This document shows, one piece after another, positions 1 through 52,211 of a stretch of DNA of 64,000 nt (positions are counted from its first letter, which is position 1; each line of letters begins with the position of its first letter). Both the position numbers and the translations under genes were made by a program. Under the pieces are notes generated by a model. That model ran no database searches. It saw nothing but the letters and a program-made list of their open reading frames with translations, and was not told where the DNA came from. Origin of the DNA: Callorhinchus milii (lineage: Eukaryota); NCBI RefSeq assembly GCF_018977255.1, contig NW_024704742.1, positions 83,640,001-83,704,000 of the forward strand, read 5' to 3'.

Positions 1-570
1 AAACTCTGGTCCATGCTTTTGTCACCCCTCGGCTGGACTACTCTAACGCCCTCCTCGCCGGTCTCCCATCCATAAAATCCAAATCATTCAAAACTCTGCC
101 GCCCGCATTCTCACCCACACGAAACTCCGCTCCCCGATCACCCCAGTCCTTGCCAGACTGCACTGGCTGCCTGTCCCAGAGAGGATCGATTTCAAGATCC
201 TCACCCTCATATTCAAGTCTTTTGCACCCCCCTACCTCTCTGACCTCTCTCCTCAAAACACTACCCGTTGCCTTCGTTCCTCCAGGTCTGGCCTCCTCCT
301 TGTCCCCCGAGTCCTCCGCTTCACCCTCGGTGGCCGTGCCTTCAGCCACTATGCCCCGAGGCTCTGGAACTGCCTTCCTCACTCCCTTCGTCTCGCTCCC
401 TCCCTTCCCATTTTCAGGTCTCTGCTGAAGACCTTTCTTTTCGACCGCGCCTTTGGTCACCTTCCTCCCCCTTCCCTGACTCTTCCCCGGGATCTGAAAC
501 TGTAAAGTGCTCTGAGATGCCGTCTGGCTTGGAGGGCGCTGTATAAATCCATGCTGCTGTTGGTGTTGTG
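1..570 (+). mobile_element. L2-clade LINE 3' fragment
   Basis: Degenerate [32 protein letters not shown]-terminus plus tail. Confidence 0.85.
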
Positions 571-1921
571 TGATACACATGCAGTGACTCCCCAAAGTAC
601 CACTTTAAGAGTCACTGAAATCAGTGAGATCCCACTGTAATTATCAGTTTCACTAGAGCCACCCTTCTTGTGGATGGAATGTCACAATGCTGGGAAAATA
701 GAGGGAGAGAGCAAATCTATACAATTGTGCTCCCGCTATTCCGGAAGCTTACCTGATCTTTTGAAGTTTGGTTAAGACCTAATCAAAAACATAAACATAG
801 TCCAGTTATGAGCAAAAAAAACTGATAAAGCCTGATGCCTCCAATATAAATAAGCAATAGATCATAACATAACATGACCAAGCACCAATACTCCACACAA
901 TCTCTGTCATCGCTGGTGGAGTGGGTAGTTATTCAGCTGGCTCCGGTCTCCTGCAACATCTTTCGTCCAATCCGTTCCACCATCATCTGCCATGCTTTCA
1001 GCCTCCACATCCTGAAACTCTCTCCCTCAAGCCCACCACCTTGCCCTCTCCTTGTCAGTCTTCAAATCACACCTGAAGACCTTCCTCTCTTCAATTTTCT
1101 CTTCAATCGTGCCTTCAGCTCTCCTCTCGGCTCTCTACCCCCTCCTCGCTCCCTCCCTTCCCTCCCCTCACCCTGACCATTTTCCCCCTGCTCGAGTCCC
1201 AACTCAAACTGTCCAGCGCCTTGGGACGTCCTCCCGACGTGAAAGGCATTCTATAAATGCAATCTTGTTGTTGTTTTTGTTCCTCTCCGTGCCTACGGCC
1301 ACCAGCCCTCTGTCCCTGGCTTGGTGTCGTGTGCCGCCACTGTTAAGTCAGATGCTATCTGGCATGAAGGGCGTTAACTGCAGTACTGGAAGAGCACTAC
1401 AGTGTCAGAAGTGCTGTCCTTTGAATGAGACTTTAAACCTAAGTCCAGTCTGCCTGTTCCAGTTGGTAATAAAGGTTTCATAACAATATTCAAATGAAAT
1501 GTTCACCTGGCCAAAATTTGTGGAATAAAATACGGCAATTTGTGACTTTGCTGTGCACAATTTGGCTGACAGAGTCAGCACACTACAGTATAGCAATTTA
1601 GTGTTTTAAAATGCTTAAATGTTTTAGGCACTGTATCATAACAAAGGATTATTATTTTTATTGATAATGTCAATAATGAGATTTCCCCTATTATAACTGC
1701 ATTGTTGAAAGTGCCTTGTGTGATACCGTTTGGGGTAAAACACCTGACGTCTTCTAGCTCTGTATGGCTCAATTTCACACAACTCTGAAGCTTTTCTAAT
1801 TGGTTATTTTCAGAGTATACTAGTGTGTATTTAAGAAGAATCTTGGTATGTTAACCTGTTCGTCCACTACTGCATTGTCATATGTAGTGCGGTGAGTACA
1901 TACCTTCAACAACAACAACAA

Positions 1922-2248
1922 GTGGAGTCCTGTAGCTCAGTGGTTAGAGCACTCGCTTTGCAAGTGAGAGACCTGAGTTCAATTCCAGGCAGAGGGCGAA
2001 ACCTTGGGCAAGTTTCCTTACTCCACACGCCTAATAATAATCCCTCCAAAACTAAAAATAATAATTAAATTGGTCATTTTCAATCTACGACTGTTTGTGG
2101 GACATTGCTGTGCGCAATTGGATGCCGCGTTCGCCCACATATATACAGTCAATTCACTTTACAGTGTGTTCTGTGAAGCGCTTTGGGACGTCCTCCCGAC
2201 GTGAAAAGCGCTATATCAAATGCAAGGATTATTATTATTATTATTATA
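1922..2248 (+). mobile_element. tRNA-Ala-derived Deu-domain-like SINE with L2-type tail, full length
   Basis: Box A TAGCTCAGTGG, TGC anticodon loop, box B GAGTTCAATTCC, core CTGTTTGTGGGACATTGCTGTGCGCAATTGG, tail ...AAATGCAAGGA(TTA)n. Confidence 0.88.
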
Positions 2249-2818
2249 ACAAGATTGCATTTATAGAGCACCTTTCACGTCGGGAGGACAGTTGGGTCGG
2301 GACCCGAGCAGGGGGGAAATGGTCAGGGTGAGGGGAGGGAAGGGAGGGTGCGAGGAGGGGGTAGAGAGTCGAGAGGGGAGCTGAAGGCACGGTTCAGTTC
2401 ATAAACAATGCAGGCAAGTTACTTCCAAACTCAGATGAGCATTGGGAAAGGTGCTAAGTATAGCCTAGGCTCTTCTGCACAAGAAGATAGAAAACTGTAA
2501 CAACAATAGCTGACCTTTATAAAGTGCTTGGGTAGTGTCTCAGAATGCTGAAAAAGACCTAATTGGAAGAATTAATCCTGGCACTGCAAATACTTGACTG
2601 TTCAGTGCCTTGGGACATCCTCATGACATGAAAGGAGCTATGTAACTTGTTCTTGTTGTTCCTTGGTTTAAAAAGCAGAATGTCTTTGGTTGAGATGTTG
2701 TCTTGTTTTGGAATGAGTGAAATTAAGTGCCCTGGAATAGAGGATGAATATTTTTAACAGTGTCTGTCACCTTTGGTCTGTTTGGTAACGACTTTCCTTT
2801 CTATTTTTATTCATACAG

Positions 2819-27180
<24,362 letters not shown>

Positions 27181-27709
27181 GACTCATCTCAGTTTGATTT
27201 TTGCAGCTATTGGGTTCAGCAGATGAATATTATCAAGAAGTCCAGTCTGCGATTCATTTTATTTCAAAATCAAGTCAACTGTCTCAGTTTGTAATGAAAC
27301 AGCTGCAACTCTTTTTTGTAAAGAATAAACACTATGGCTAAGCCACACGCAAGCTGTATTCAGTGCCTCAAATTAAGCAGCATTGAGTTATGGAAGTGGC
27401 CTTGATCCTGTGCACTTTTTTCTAGACTCAACTGAGAGCTGCTCCGGTTGCAGATGTGATTGAACTGTAATGTATTGTGCCCATCGCGCTTTTGGAACAG
27501 GGAGCAGATAATGATATCATGTGCATCTTTGGCCCAGCCACATAAAGCAGCCCAAGAAGGTAGTATTTTTAATGTGTTTATGTTTGGGGCAAAGCAAGAT
27601 GTTCTTGTGTGTAATTTGTCATTGCTTCTATAACTGTAACCAGCATCTCCTGGTTTATATAAAACTATTAAAAACAATGTATATTTTAACTCCCCTGTCT
27701 TATCATTCC

Positions 27710-27715
27710 AATAAA
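27710..27715 (+). terminator. Likely GLDC polyadenylation signal (AATAAA); an alternative AATAAA lies at 27324-27329
   Basis: AATAAA ~530 nt after the stop, following an AT-rich UTR and preceding T/GT-rich sequence. Confidence 0.5.
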
Positions 27716-30189
27716 AATTCTTGAACTGGATCCACACTACCTTTCTTCACTTGCTGGTTTTAACCAAGTGTTTGGTTGAATCGTGGCCTCTCTATTCCAG
27801 GCACTACCATGAAATAGCTGAACCTGAATTTTCCCCAAAAGTTTCTGCTTATTAAGCATTCGGATCACATGTTGTTGAAATATTTCATGCTAAATGAACG
27901 CAGAAGCAGAGAGACATTCTGAACTTGGTAGGTGGTATTGGAGGAAAGCTATTTCAAGTTCCTTGAGACATCCTCAACATGAAAGGTACTGGGTCAATGT
28001 AAAATACTGATTCATTCATATATTCAGTGGGGAAAACACAATACTATGGGGTCTGTTATGTAAGTTGCGTAAATGTACAACTTGTGAAAACTCTTGTGTT
28101 AACACATGCCATGTGTAGAAAAGGAATTACAGGTACTCTATTTAACCCAAATAATTGGTTGTCAAATGGGATATTTAATAATTAGTTAAACCATCAAAAT
28201 TACAGGCACCTACAAAATTTCCAGGCATTTATTACACATAGCCCATATCACTTACATGTGTACACAGATCATACAATAGACCCAAGTACCAATAGGTTTC
28301 GTTAATCTTAGTTTATAGGTATTGCCTTTACTCTTCTTCTTTTCTCCCGATTAGGAAGAATCCCCACCTTAGAGTAAGGACACACTCCCAGGGCCAGGCT
28401 CGTGCAACTGATTACTGCCCGGATGAATTGTCCGGAGTGCTGTACATTCCCTGGTTTCAGTTTGGCCTTAAAATTTAAAGTAATTCACTTTACAATATAT
28501 TCTATAAAATATATTTATCTAGCCTCTTAGGAAAGTTTTGATGAGGACCTGAGGTTCATAAGCAATTTGTGACTAAAATGAAAGGTGGTGGTTAATAATA
28601 ATTCATAAATTGGATTATTGGCTAAAATAATGAGTTCATGATAGTTATTAATTTCATCAGCAGTTGTTGCAACCCTATCACTTCTGGGATACCCGTTTAC
28701 ACAAAAGCTTTTTTTTCATTTAGTGTGTTCAATTAGTTTCTAATTTTCTCCCCATTGGCAAACACCTCTGCTCTTGCTGGGTACGGTTTCACAGGCACTG
28801 GTTACCCTCCAGTCCCACCCAAGTGTCCAATGTTCATGTGTGAGACTTGGCAGTGATTCAGCAAGTAACTCGACTGTAGTGGGTATCACAACAAACCTGA
28901 TATAACCACACCTGGCCACCATACACATGCACAACCAGGAGAGGGAGAAGGCCTTTTTTGGCCCTCTGTAATCCTGGAAAGATGGGCCGATTTAGGCTCT
29001 CCACACAACCTGACTGGGATCAGCAAACTCAGCACGGACTGTGATTTGAACCGACAAGACAATTTGATACTCTTGATCACGGTGATCGATTTCCATCCCC
29101 CAGACTTCAAGCTGATCAAATACAATTTAACAACCTAATAAAACAAATTGGAATTGAAAATAGTGTGAGAAAAGCAGGGCAATCCACACTAATATTACTC
29201 GGAGGTCACAGTGAGAAATGGGGTTTAATACTGAGTGAGGTGAGGCAATGTGATTCAGGCAGAGTGCTGGGCACATGCTTATCTCTGTACCTCAAGTCTT
29301 ACAGCATTGGTCAGTGTTGTGGTGATGTATTGCAGATTTGTTCATGCAGCCCCAAAAACTGGACTCTCATCCTGACGCTTGCTCATTCCATGATCCTAGT
29401 GGTGGGAGCAGAAACTGTCTGCTTGCAGCCTCTTTTACATGACTAATCTAATGGATCAATTCTTCCTGTGAACCTACCTTGCAGGGGACACGAGTGCGGG
29501 GTGTGAAGGACCAATTCTTCAACGCGGGACACAAACTGGCTAAGATGTTACGTTGTCTGGATGACCCAGAACCATTTCAACAAACACAGATACATCAATG
29601 CTGAGGCAGGATGGAACAACACATAGCAATAGAGCAGATTAAATTCCATAGATCTGTCAATCAAAAAGGATTTTCATAATTCATACACCAGTGCAAAAAC
29701 AGCTCTGAACTAGAGAATGAAAGTATTCAACGCTAATGGCCATCAATTCTATGGCAATACTGAGGGTACTTACCCTGATCTGTGCCACAGAAAAACATTC
29801 TTTAGCAGGGGGTGCTTTAGTGGGAATTTCTAACTCATCATAGCCTCTACTTGGTTAACTTTGACTGAGTGAACCAAGCACCTGCAGACTGTAATATGGT
29901 TTGCCTTATAGTTGTACACTTGGAGGCTTGAAATAAATATTTTTAATATACTCAATTCCTTACCCTTTACATTAAAACAGCAACATTAAATAATTACGTA
30001 CTATGCCATTCCTGAGCCTACGTCATGTAAATATGGCAGTGAGAAAAAGTGCTGAGATTTCAACATTCTAGCACCAAATTGATTGAAAAGCTAGATATAC
30101 CAGTGCCAGCATTACAAGGTTAACATACCTAGTTTTATGTGTTGGTTATTCAACAAGAACCCAAGATAAGCTGCATTACATGCATTAGA

Positions 30190-32513
30190 ATATGTTAGAT
30201 TATACAGCAGAGAAACAGGCCATTCGGCCCAACTGGTCTGTGCCGGTGTTTATGCTCCACATGAGCCTCCTCCTGCTCTTCCTCAACTAAACCTTCAAGC
30301 ATAACCTTCTATTCTTTTCTCCCTCATGTACCTATCTAGTTTTCCCATAAATACATCTATGCTATTTGCCTCAACAACTCCTTGTGGTAGTATGTTCCAC
30401 ATTCCTACTACTCTCTGTGTGAAGAAATTTCTTCTAACTTCCCTATTTGATCTATTTGTGACTATTTTATATTGATGGCCCTGGTTTTGGTCTCCCCCAC
30501 AAGTGGAAACATCTTCCCTATGTCTACCCTATCAAAACCTTCCATCATTTTAAAGACCTCTATCAGGTCACCCCTTACCCTCCTCTTTTCAAGAGAAGAG
30601 TCCAAGCATGTTCAGCCTTTCCTGATATGTATAACCTCTCAGTTCTGGGATCATCCTTGTGAATCTCCTTTGAACCCTCTCCAGTGGCTCTACACCCCTT
30701 CTATAATGTGGGGACCAGAACTGCACACAGTATTCTAAGTGTGGTCTAACCGAGGTTCTGTAGATGTTTAGCATAACTTCCCTGCTTTTCATTTCTATCC
30801 CTCTAGAAATGAACCCTGTTGCCTGGTTTGCTTTTTTTATGGCCTTATTAACCTGCATTGCTACTTTTAATGAATTGTGTATGTGTACCCCTAGATCCCT
30901 TTGCTCCTCTATCCCATTTAGGTTTTTATTTTCCAGGATGTATGTGACTTCCTTATTCCTGCTACCAAAACGTACCACCTCACACTTTTCTACATTGAAA
31001 TGCATTTAAATGCCCATTCAGCAAGTTTATTAATGTCTTGTTGTAGTCCTCCTCTGTATTAACTATTCCCCCCAATTTGGTGTGATCCGCAAATTTTGAA
31101 ATTCTACTGCTGATTCCCGAGTCCAAATCATTAATGTATATTGTGAAGAACAGTGGTCCCAATACTGATCCTTGTGGAACACCACTGCCCACTCCCTGCC
31201 AGTCTGAGGATTCCATTATCTTTCCTACCACCGATGTTAAGCTGACAAGTCTATAGTTCCCTGGGCTTGTTCTATCTACCTTTTAAAATATAGGTGTAAC
31301 ATTAGCTATCCTCCAGTTCTCTGGCACTATTCCCTTTTCTAATGAGTTATATATGTGTAATAGTGCCTCTGCTATTTCTTCCCTTGATTCTTTTAATATA
31401 CGTGGATGCAATCCATCCGGACCAGAGGTTTAATCCTCTCTGAGTTTCATTAGTTTTTCGATTGTATCTCCCCTTTGTATCTTAAATGCACTTATTATTT
31501 TTGATCTCTTCTTCTACTGTCATGTCCACCTGATCTGTCTCCCTGGTGAATACTGAGGCAAAATAATTATTTAATATTTCTGCCATTTCGGTGTCACGGC
31601 TTGTGAGCTTATCTTGTCTGTCCCTTCGTGGCCCTATTCCTATTTTGATTTTCTTTTGTTATTTGTCTGTAGAATATTTTACTATTTCTTTTTATATTCT
31701 TAGATAATTTAATTTCATAATTCCTCTTTGCCTTCCTAATAGTTTTTTTTGACTATTCTCCTGATCTCTTTGTATTCTTTTTTGTCATGCTCTCCCTTGT
31801 TGTTTACGTACATAGTGAACGCCTCTTTCCTGAGTCTCAACTTTGCCCTTATGTCTTTATTCATCCATGGTGTCTCATTATTATTTAACTTTGTCTTGTT
31901 TTTCAGCAGAATATATTTCTCCTGGACTCTATTGATCATTGTTTTAAATATTTTCCACTGCTGCTCTATCTCTTGGTTTGCTAATATCGTTTTCCAGTTT
32001 ATTTTCACAAGTTCCATTCTCATCCCCTCAAAATCAGCTTTTTTCCAATCAATTACCCTGGTCTTTGTCATACTCATGGCCTTCTCGATCTTAAACCTTA
32101 TTGAGTTATGATTGCTATTGCCTAGATGTTCCCCTACTCGTACTTCTCTTATCTGCTCTGGTTCATTTCCCATTATTAAATTTAGCAGCGATTCCTCCCT
32201 TGTTGGGCCTCTTACATACTGGGTAAGAAAGGAGTCCTGTACACATTGAAGGAACTCCATTCCCTTATCCCCTTTATCTTCCTATTCTGGCCAATTTATT
32301 TGGGGGTAGTTTAAATCCCCCATGATTATTACTCTATGTTTTTTTACTAATTTCCTTGCATATTTCTTCCTCTACCTCGCTTCCACTGTTAGGTAGTCTG
32401 TAGAGTACTCCTATTTGTGTGATTGATCCCTTCTTATCTTTTATCTCTCTATCCACACAGATTCCGTGTGGATCTTACTGTTGGCTATGTCCCTTTTTTC
32501 TACTGCCATGATG
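30190..32513 (-). mobile_element. CR1-clade LINE fragment (endonuclease-linker-RT, internal deletion near 31220, 3' tail)
   Basis: FLQCVQDSFLTQYVRGPTREES; GVPQGSVLGPLFFTIYINDLD..KFAD; RPHLEYCVQFWSP..LERVQRRFTRMIP. Confidence 0.92.
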
Positions 32514-32514
32514 T

Positions 32515-34440
32515 TCGTGCACAAAAACGGCTTTCTACTCCAACATCGTCTTGGAGGCCAAAAACAATCCCCAAATCCTTTTCCCACCATCCATTACCTC
32601 CTCCGTGCGCCCCCTCAGGCCTCCTCAATCTTCACATCCAATGCCAATTGCGAGGAAGATCATGGACTTCTTTTCATCCAAAATACACAATACCCACCAG
32701 GCAGCCTCATCCTCCTGCTTCTTGTCATCCACCACCTCCATCCCCATCATCAGCTCCTACCACAACCCCCATCCTACATTCCTTCCTCCCCATCTCTCCC
32801 TCCTCCCTCTCATCCACCATTACCTCAATGAAACCCACCACCTACTGCCTTGACTCCCTCCCCACCAACTTGCTGGTCACCCAGCTCCCCCTCCACTGCC
32901 CACTACTGGCTGACATCATCCCTCTCCTCCGAATCAGTCCCTGTCCTCCGGATCAGTCCCTGCCCCCCTCAAAACTGCTGTCATCACCCTCCTTCTCAAA
33001 AAAACCTTCCCGAGATCCCTCAAACTCCAGTCATTACTGCCCCATTTCTAACCTGCCCTTCCTCCCTAAAGTCCTAGAACATGTTGTTGCCAATCAACTT
33101 CGCGCAAACCTCTCCTCCCACTCCCTCTTCGAACCTCTCCAGTCCGGTTTCCGCCCTGTCCACAGTACAGACACTGCGCTTGTGAAAGTCTCAAACGACA
33201 TCCTCTCTATCTGTGACCAGGGCTCCCTCTGCCTCCTTGTCCTCCTGGACCTCTCCGCCGCTTTTGACACAGTTGATCACGCCATCCTCCTCCACCGCCT
33301 TTCCTCCGTCATCCACCTCAGTGGGACCGCACTCGCCTGGCTCGAGTCCCACCTCACAAACCGCCAGCAGTACATCTGCACAAACAGCTTTTCCTCCCGC
33401 TCTCACCTGGTCACCTGTGGGGTCGCCCAAAGGATCCATCCTTGGCCCCCTCCTATTTTTGATCTACATGCTCCCTCTTGGGGATGTAATCCGCAGACAT
33501 AGGGTACATTTTCACATGTATGCGGACGACACCCAACTCTATTTTTCCACCTCACTTTGTACCCCCAGTCCCCTGATGTTCTGTCAGCCTGCTTATCAGA
33601 TCTCAGGAGCTGGATGAGCGCAAATTTCCTTCAGCTGAACGTTGACAAGACGGAAGCCATACTCTTTGGCTCTCGTCAACGTCTAAAATCACACGGTTCT
33701 CACCTCCTCCACCTACCCGACCTCCCCTTAAAACTCTCCGAACCGGTACGCAACAGAGACGTCAGGTTCGACCCCAATTATCCTTCCTCCCCCACATCTG
33801 GTCCCTCACCAGCACCGCTTTCTTCCACCTCCGACGCATCGCCCGTCTCCGCCAATACCTCACTCCAAAAGCTGCTGAAACCCTGGTCCATGCCTTTGTC
33901 ACCTCTCGGCTGGACTATTCAAACGCCCTCCTCACCGGTCTCCCCTCCATTACCATCCATAAAATCCAGGTTATACAAAACTCTGCCGCCAGCATTCTCA
34001 CCCGCACCAAACTCCACTCCCCGATCACCCCAGTCCTTGCCAGACTGCACTGGCTGCCTATCCCAGAGAGGATCGACTTCCAAGATCCTCACCCTTGTCT
34101 TCAAATCCCTCCACTCCTCTGCACCTCCCTACCTCCTCTCTCCTCACAACAGTGCCCCCCACCTTCGTTCCTTTGTGTCCCCCGAGTCCTCCGCTCCACC
34201 ATCGGTTGCCATGTCTTCAGCCACTACGCCCCAAAGTGCTGAAACTCCCTTCGCCTCGCCCCCTCTCTTCCCACTTTCAGGTCTTGGCTAAAGACTTTTC
34301 TTATCAACCGGGCCTTTGGTCACCTTCCCCCCCCCCCACCCCCCTCCCCCTGTCCCGGCCCCGGGAATCATTACTGTGAAGCACCCTGAGACACCATCCG
34401 GCGTGGAGGACGCTTTATAAATCCAAGTTGTTGTTGTTGT
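32515..34440 (+). mobile_element. L2 LINE, longest fragment (RT domain with frameshifts)
   Basis: [61 protein letters not shown]. Confidence 0.93.
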
Positions 34441-34959
34441 AGTATGTTATCCGTAACAAGTACAGCTACTCCACTGTCAGTTTAATTCATTATTATGAAT
34501 TGTTCCTCTCATTTTATTTTTGACAAGTCTTTTCACACTTCTGTCCTATAATTGTATTAATTCCCTGACCATTTATATTCTTATTTCTTACTTTTGTCTG
34601 GCTTGAGTCACCTCCTTCTGATTACTCCCCACCATTTGATAGCTGGGGATAATGTCGTAACTTTATTCCAGTATATTTACCAATGATTATTTGGTCTTTG
34701 TCCAGTGTTCCTATTTTCTATTGGGACCCAAGCAATAGCCTTGTGCCCAAGTGGATGTATTGGAGACTAGCCATTGCTGGTGGAAACTTAAGTTTGTTCT
34801 GTTTTCTCTCTGATTTGGAGAGACAACACAAAGTAGGGTTCAGTAGGCCGGCCAGGAAACATTTTCAGATATTGGGAGTTAAATTTAGTCAGGTTGGACT
34901 AAAAAGTTTGCTGGAATCCTTTTCATGGATGAATTACATAATTAAGGGTGCTTGCATAT

Positions 34960-35611
34960 GTATCCAGTCCCTGACCAGGACCGTCTTCTTCCACCTCCGC
35001 CACATTGCCCGCCTCTAACTGTACCTTATCCCCAACGCAGCCGAAACCCTTGTGCATACGTTTGTCACCTCCCGCCTGGATTACTCCAACGCACTCCTCG
35101 CTGGTCTCCCCAGCTCCACTATTCAAAAGATCCAGCTCATTCAGAACTCTGCCGTCCGCATACTGACCTGGACCAAACTCTGTACCCACATCTCACCAGG
35201 TCTGGCCAGGCTCCACTGGCTCCCCATCACCGAACAGATCGACTTCAAGATCTTCACTCTCGTGTTCAAATCCGTTCACTTTCTGGTACCTCCCTACCTC
35301 TCCGACCTCCTCACTCCCCAATCCACCATTGGCGCCTCCGCTCGACTGGTACCGGCCTCCTGCTCATCTCTCGCACCGTCTGCCCCACCTTTGGAGGTTG
35401 CGCTTTCAACCATTACTCCCGAAACTCTGGAACACTCTCTCTCAATCCCTTCGCTTTGCCCCCTTTCAAGTCACACCAGAAAACCTTCCACTTCGACCGT
35501 GCTTACGGCCACCTCCTCCCACCCCACCTAGCTTGAAATCAGGCTCCGCCACTGTTAAGCGCTCTGAGACACTACCCTGCGTGAAGGGTGCTATATAAGT
35601 GCAAGTTGTTG
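34960..35611 (+). mobile_element. L2 3' fragment
   Basis: [31 protein letters not shown]. Confidence 0.88.
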
Positions 35612-37233
35612 TATGCACATGGTTAGCCCATGGGTGACAAGTCCAACCTGTATGTTCCACCCCATTTTTCTATCCTCTATAGAGTCATGTCTCCATGGGC
35701 ATGTTTGATGGAAAAAAACGTGTAGTTCAGTTAAATTCTTTTTTAAAAAAAAGTTCTTGGGGGGAATAAGTTAGTATCATAACTACTATCATAGTATCAT
35801 ACTGAAAGATTGCAAGCAGCAAGTTCAATAGTCAATCCATAGTTAAAAGTCATTGTCTTCTAGGGAGTGCATCATTGAGTGTATGTAAATTTATGTACAT
35901 AGATTGACTAAATACAGTAGATGATCAAAATTAACATGCACATTGGAGGTGTCTTCCCTGACAATGTGTTGTTGCCTCCCAGTAATACTCACCTCTCTCA
36001 CCATTCCTTGCTCAGAGTCCTTCAGTCCAGTTGTTGACTTGCACTGAAGTTCTCTTGGAAGTCACAATGACATCCTGCATTGTGTCCTTGGTTCGTTGTG
36101 TCCTTGGTTCGTTTTTGCACTCTCTGCTGTTGTAGACACTGTTGACCCATTTATTTTCCTTTATCCCATTGCTTCAGCAGTGCACATCCATACTATTCTA
36201 TCATGGCTCCACTCTTATCTATCTCACGGTTACATCGCCTCTTCTAAAGGTATATCCCAGGCCTCTATCCCTGATCCACTCATATTCCTTACCTGCATGT
36301 TCTTCCTTGGCTTCATTTGCCCACAAAATACAGTCACTGCACTTTACAGTATATCCTGTAAAGTGCTTTGAGGCATTCTCCTGCCATGAATGGTACTATA
36401 CCAAATGTAAGGATCATTATAATCATGATCTGCAAACTCAAGGCGAACTTCCAAATGTACAGCAAGGTTTACTTCTCCACAATCGTCCTTCATTCTTGCT
36501 GCTTGATATCAAATCCCAGAAGAGCCATAAACCTTCTTCAACAATATCCTGATGAGACTAGTGATTTTGTTCATATCTCACACACACTCAAGTACCCCTG
36601 ACTCTAATTCGACTAATTACCCAACTGTTTATTTTGGCTGAAACAGGGTAATGTGCAACCTCAGCATTCTGTTTGATACCGAGTTTCAACCTCCTCACCT
36701 GATTATGTTTCCATCTCACCACCATCATGAGTGAAATCCTTATCTGTACTTTCAGCAGCTCTAAGGTAGATTTTTTTCTCCAATATTCTCGTTGGCCTCT
36801 TTAACTGAGCCCTTCCCAAACCTAAACCTATGTATCTTATCCAATGCATTGTCCCAACCCACACCATCCATGTATCCTTGCGATTGGTCTGTTGATCCTC
36901 TGGAATTCTTGGGAGTCTGTTCCAAAACCACTTCCTTCCTCCGGTTGCTATCAGTCAACTTTTAAAGCCACTCTCTTTGATGTTAACTTTGTTTGGTTGT
37001 ATGTAAATTTTTCCCACATTCATGACTCTTTGTTGAGCACTTTGAGGTGTTCTTTTACATAAGTTGTACCATTTCAGTGCAAATCCTTGTTGTGATAACT
37101 TGACCACGTTAAACACTTAATGGTCAGTCTTTCACATCAGCTTCCCCATCCCTCCTTCCCCCATTGATTGCATATAGCAATAACAATTACTTCAAAGTCA
37201 AAACCTAGTAAATACATTTCAAATGTTAACATG

Positions 37234-37239
37234 TTTATT
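37234..37239 (-). terminator. Likely UHRF2 polyadenylation signal
   Basis: TTTATT on + (AATAAA on -) ending a ~1 kb AT-rich, repeat-free 3'UTR-like stretch after the stop. Confidence 0.55.
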
Positions 37240-38199
37240 GGTAAGTACTGGTCAAGGAATATATATCAAATTTCAAAATCACAAATATGAATAGTTTTTC
37301 TAACCCTCTCCAAGCTAGCATTGCTTAAACACCGATACAGACATAATTGCCACAAACAAATAATCTAGTTATAATATATATAATGTGCGACTAAAATTCT
37401 AAAAGTGGCATATTCAGTAATAACAAATGTTTTTTACATAATGTATTCTGTTCAACTAGAAGTGCTTTTTTTTCTTTTATGCATTTTGAAATGCAAACAT
37501 AATACAGAAATCACTGAACACTAATGGAGATACAATGTTACAGAATTTTAACCTTAGAAGCCATTAGTAGTCAAACCGTTCAAAATATAACAAGAAACCA
37601 CACTTAACCTCACAAGAAAAGCCTGTTAACTTGCTGTTTTTTAATTTTTAAAAATGTTTTCAAAATAGCAACATTATAAAATCAAAGTAAAGAGAGATAT
37701 ACTCACCACAGAATTACTTTAAAATCATTTATAATTTTCAGTGCTATTACATTTCAAAACCAAGCATTTATGGACCAGGCACAGATAATATCAATTTGAG
37801 GAGGCAGTGTGTAGCTGGACTTCGTTTTGACTGAAAACTCCCCTTAAATTCCTTTCCACTGTCTTGAGGTAGTATTTTTTTTTAAAAAGTCAAGCATCAG
37901 ACCAATTTATATTTTGGTACTGAGCAATTTTAGTCTACAGATTGGCAAGAACTACCTTAGATGTTATCAGACAGTCAATGGAATAAGAGCAATATACTGC
38001 ATTATGCACTGTATAATAATGAGATGTTTAAGATGGTCCAATGGGGGAAGAAACATTAGCGGTTCTACAATGGTTGTCTCAAGTTGTTTGCCTTCAGGCC
38101 TATTGGTCCATCATTGAATTACTTCTCTCTCTCGCTCTCTCTCTATTTCCCCCTTGTAAAAACGTGTGCAGATGGGAGAGCCATTTACACCGATGAGTG

Positions 38200-51685
<13,486 letters not shown>

Positions 51686-52211
51686 CTGTAACAGAAAAGA
51701 TTGCATTTTTACTTTTTCTGATCTTGTGGTTGCATATTTCGTACATTTGAATCCCGACTGGCTGTCTGTTTTAGAAACCTAGGGTACTCACAAAGTCTTT
51801 GTTACCCTGTTTTTTTTCTTACAATGAATTTTTATTTTCTGTTGCAGATGAGTCAAGTGTAACGATGTCTGACACCAGTGACTTCCTCGTCACTCCACGC
51901 ATGTTACAGATGATGTGGCACCGAATATAGCTACCGATCATTATCTGCCAGGAAAATGAAGGCCCTCACACACACTAATCCTCTGAACGTCTTAATACAG
52001 TTAAACACTTGTACTGAATATAATTAAGTACTTCTAAATACAATTTTCCTCATTCTTCCACACGTTTCAATTTGGTCAGTGCACTGCAGAAAAAACATGG
52101 GGGTAAAGGACTTAGTGAACACCATCACTTATGGCAGAATATACAATGAACAAGTTCTCTTCGTGCAACTGTAAGCATGTAGTCACACTCAATAATCCTT
52201 ACATTTCATAA

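Noticed and set aside
32423..34379. 359-aa and 244-aa ORFs as host genes
   Set aside because: Frameshifted L2 reverse transcriptase remnants.
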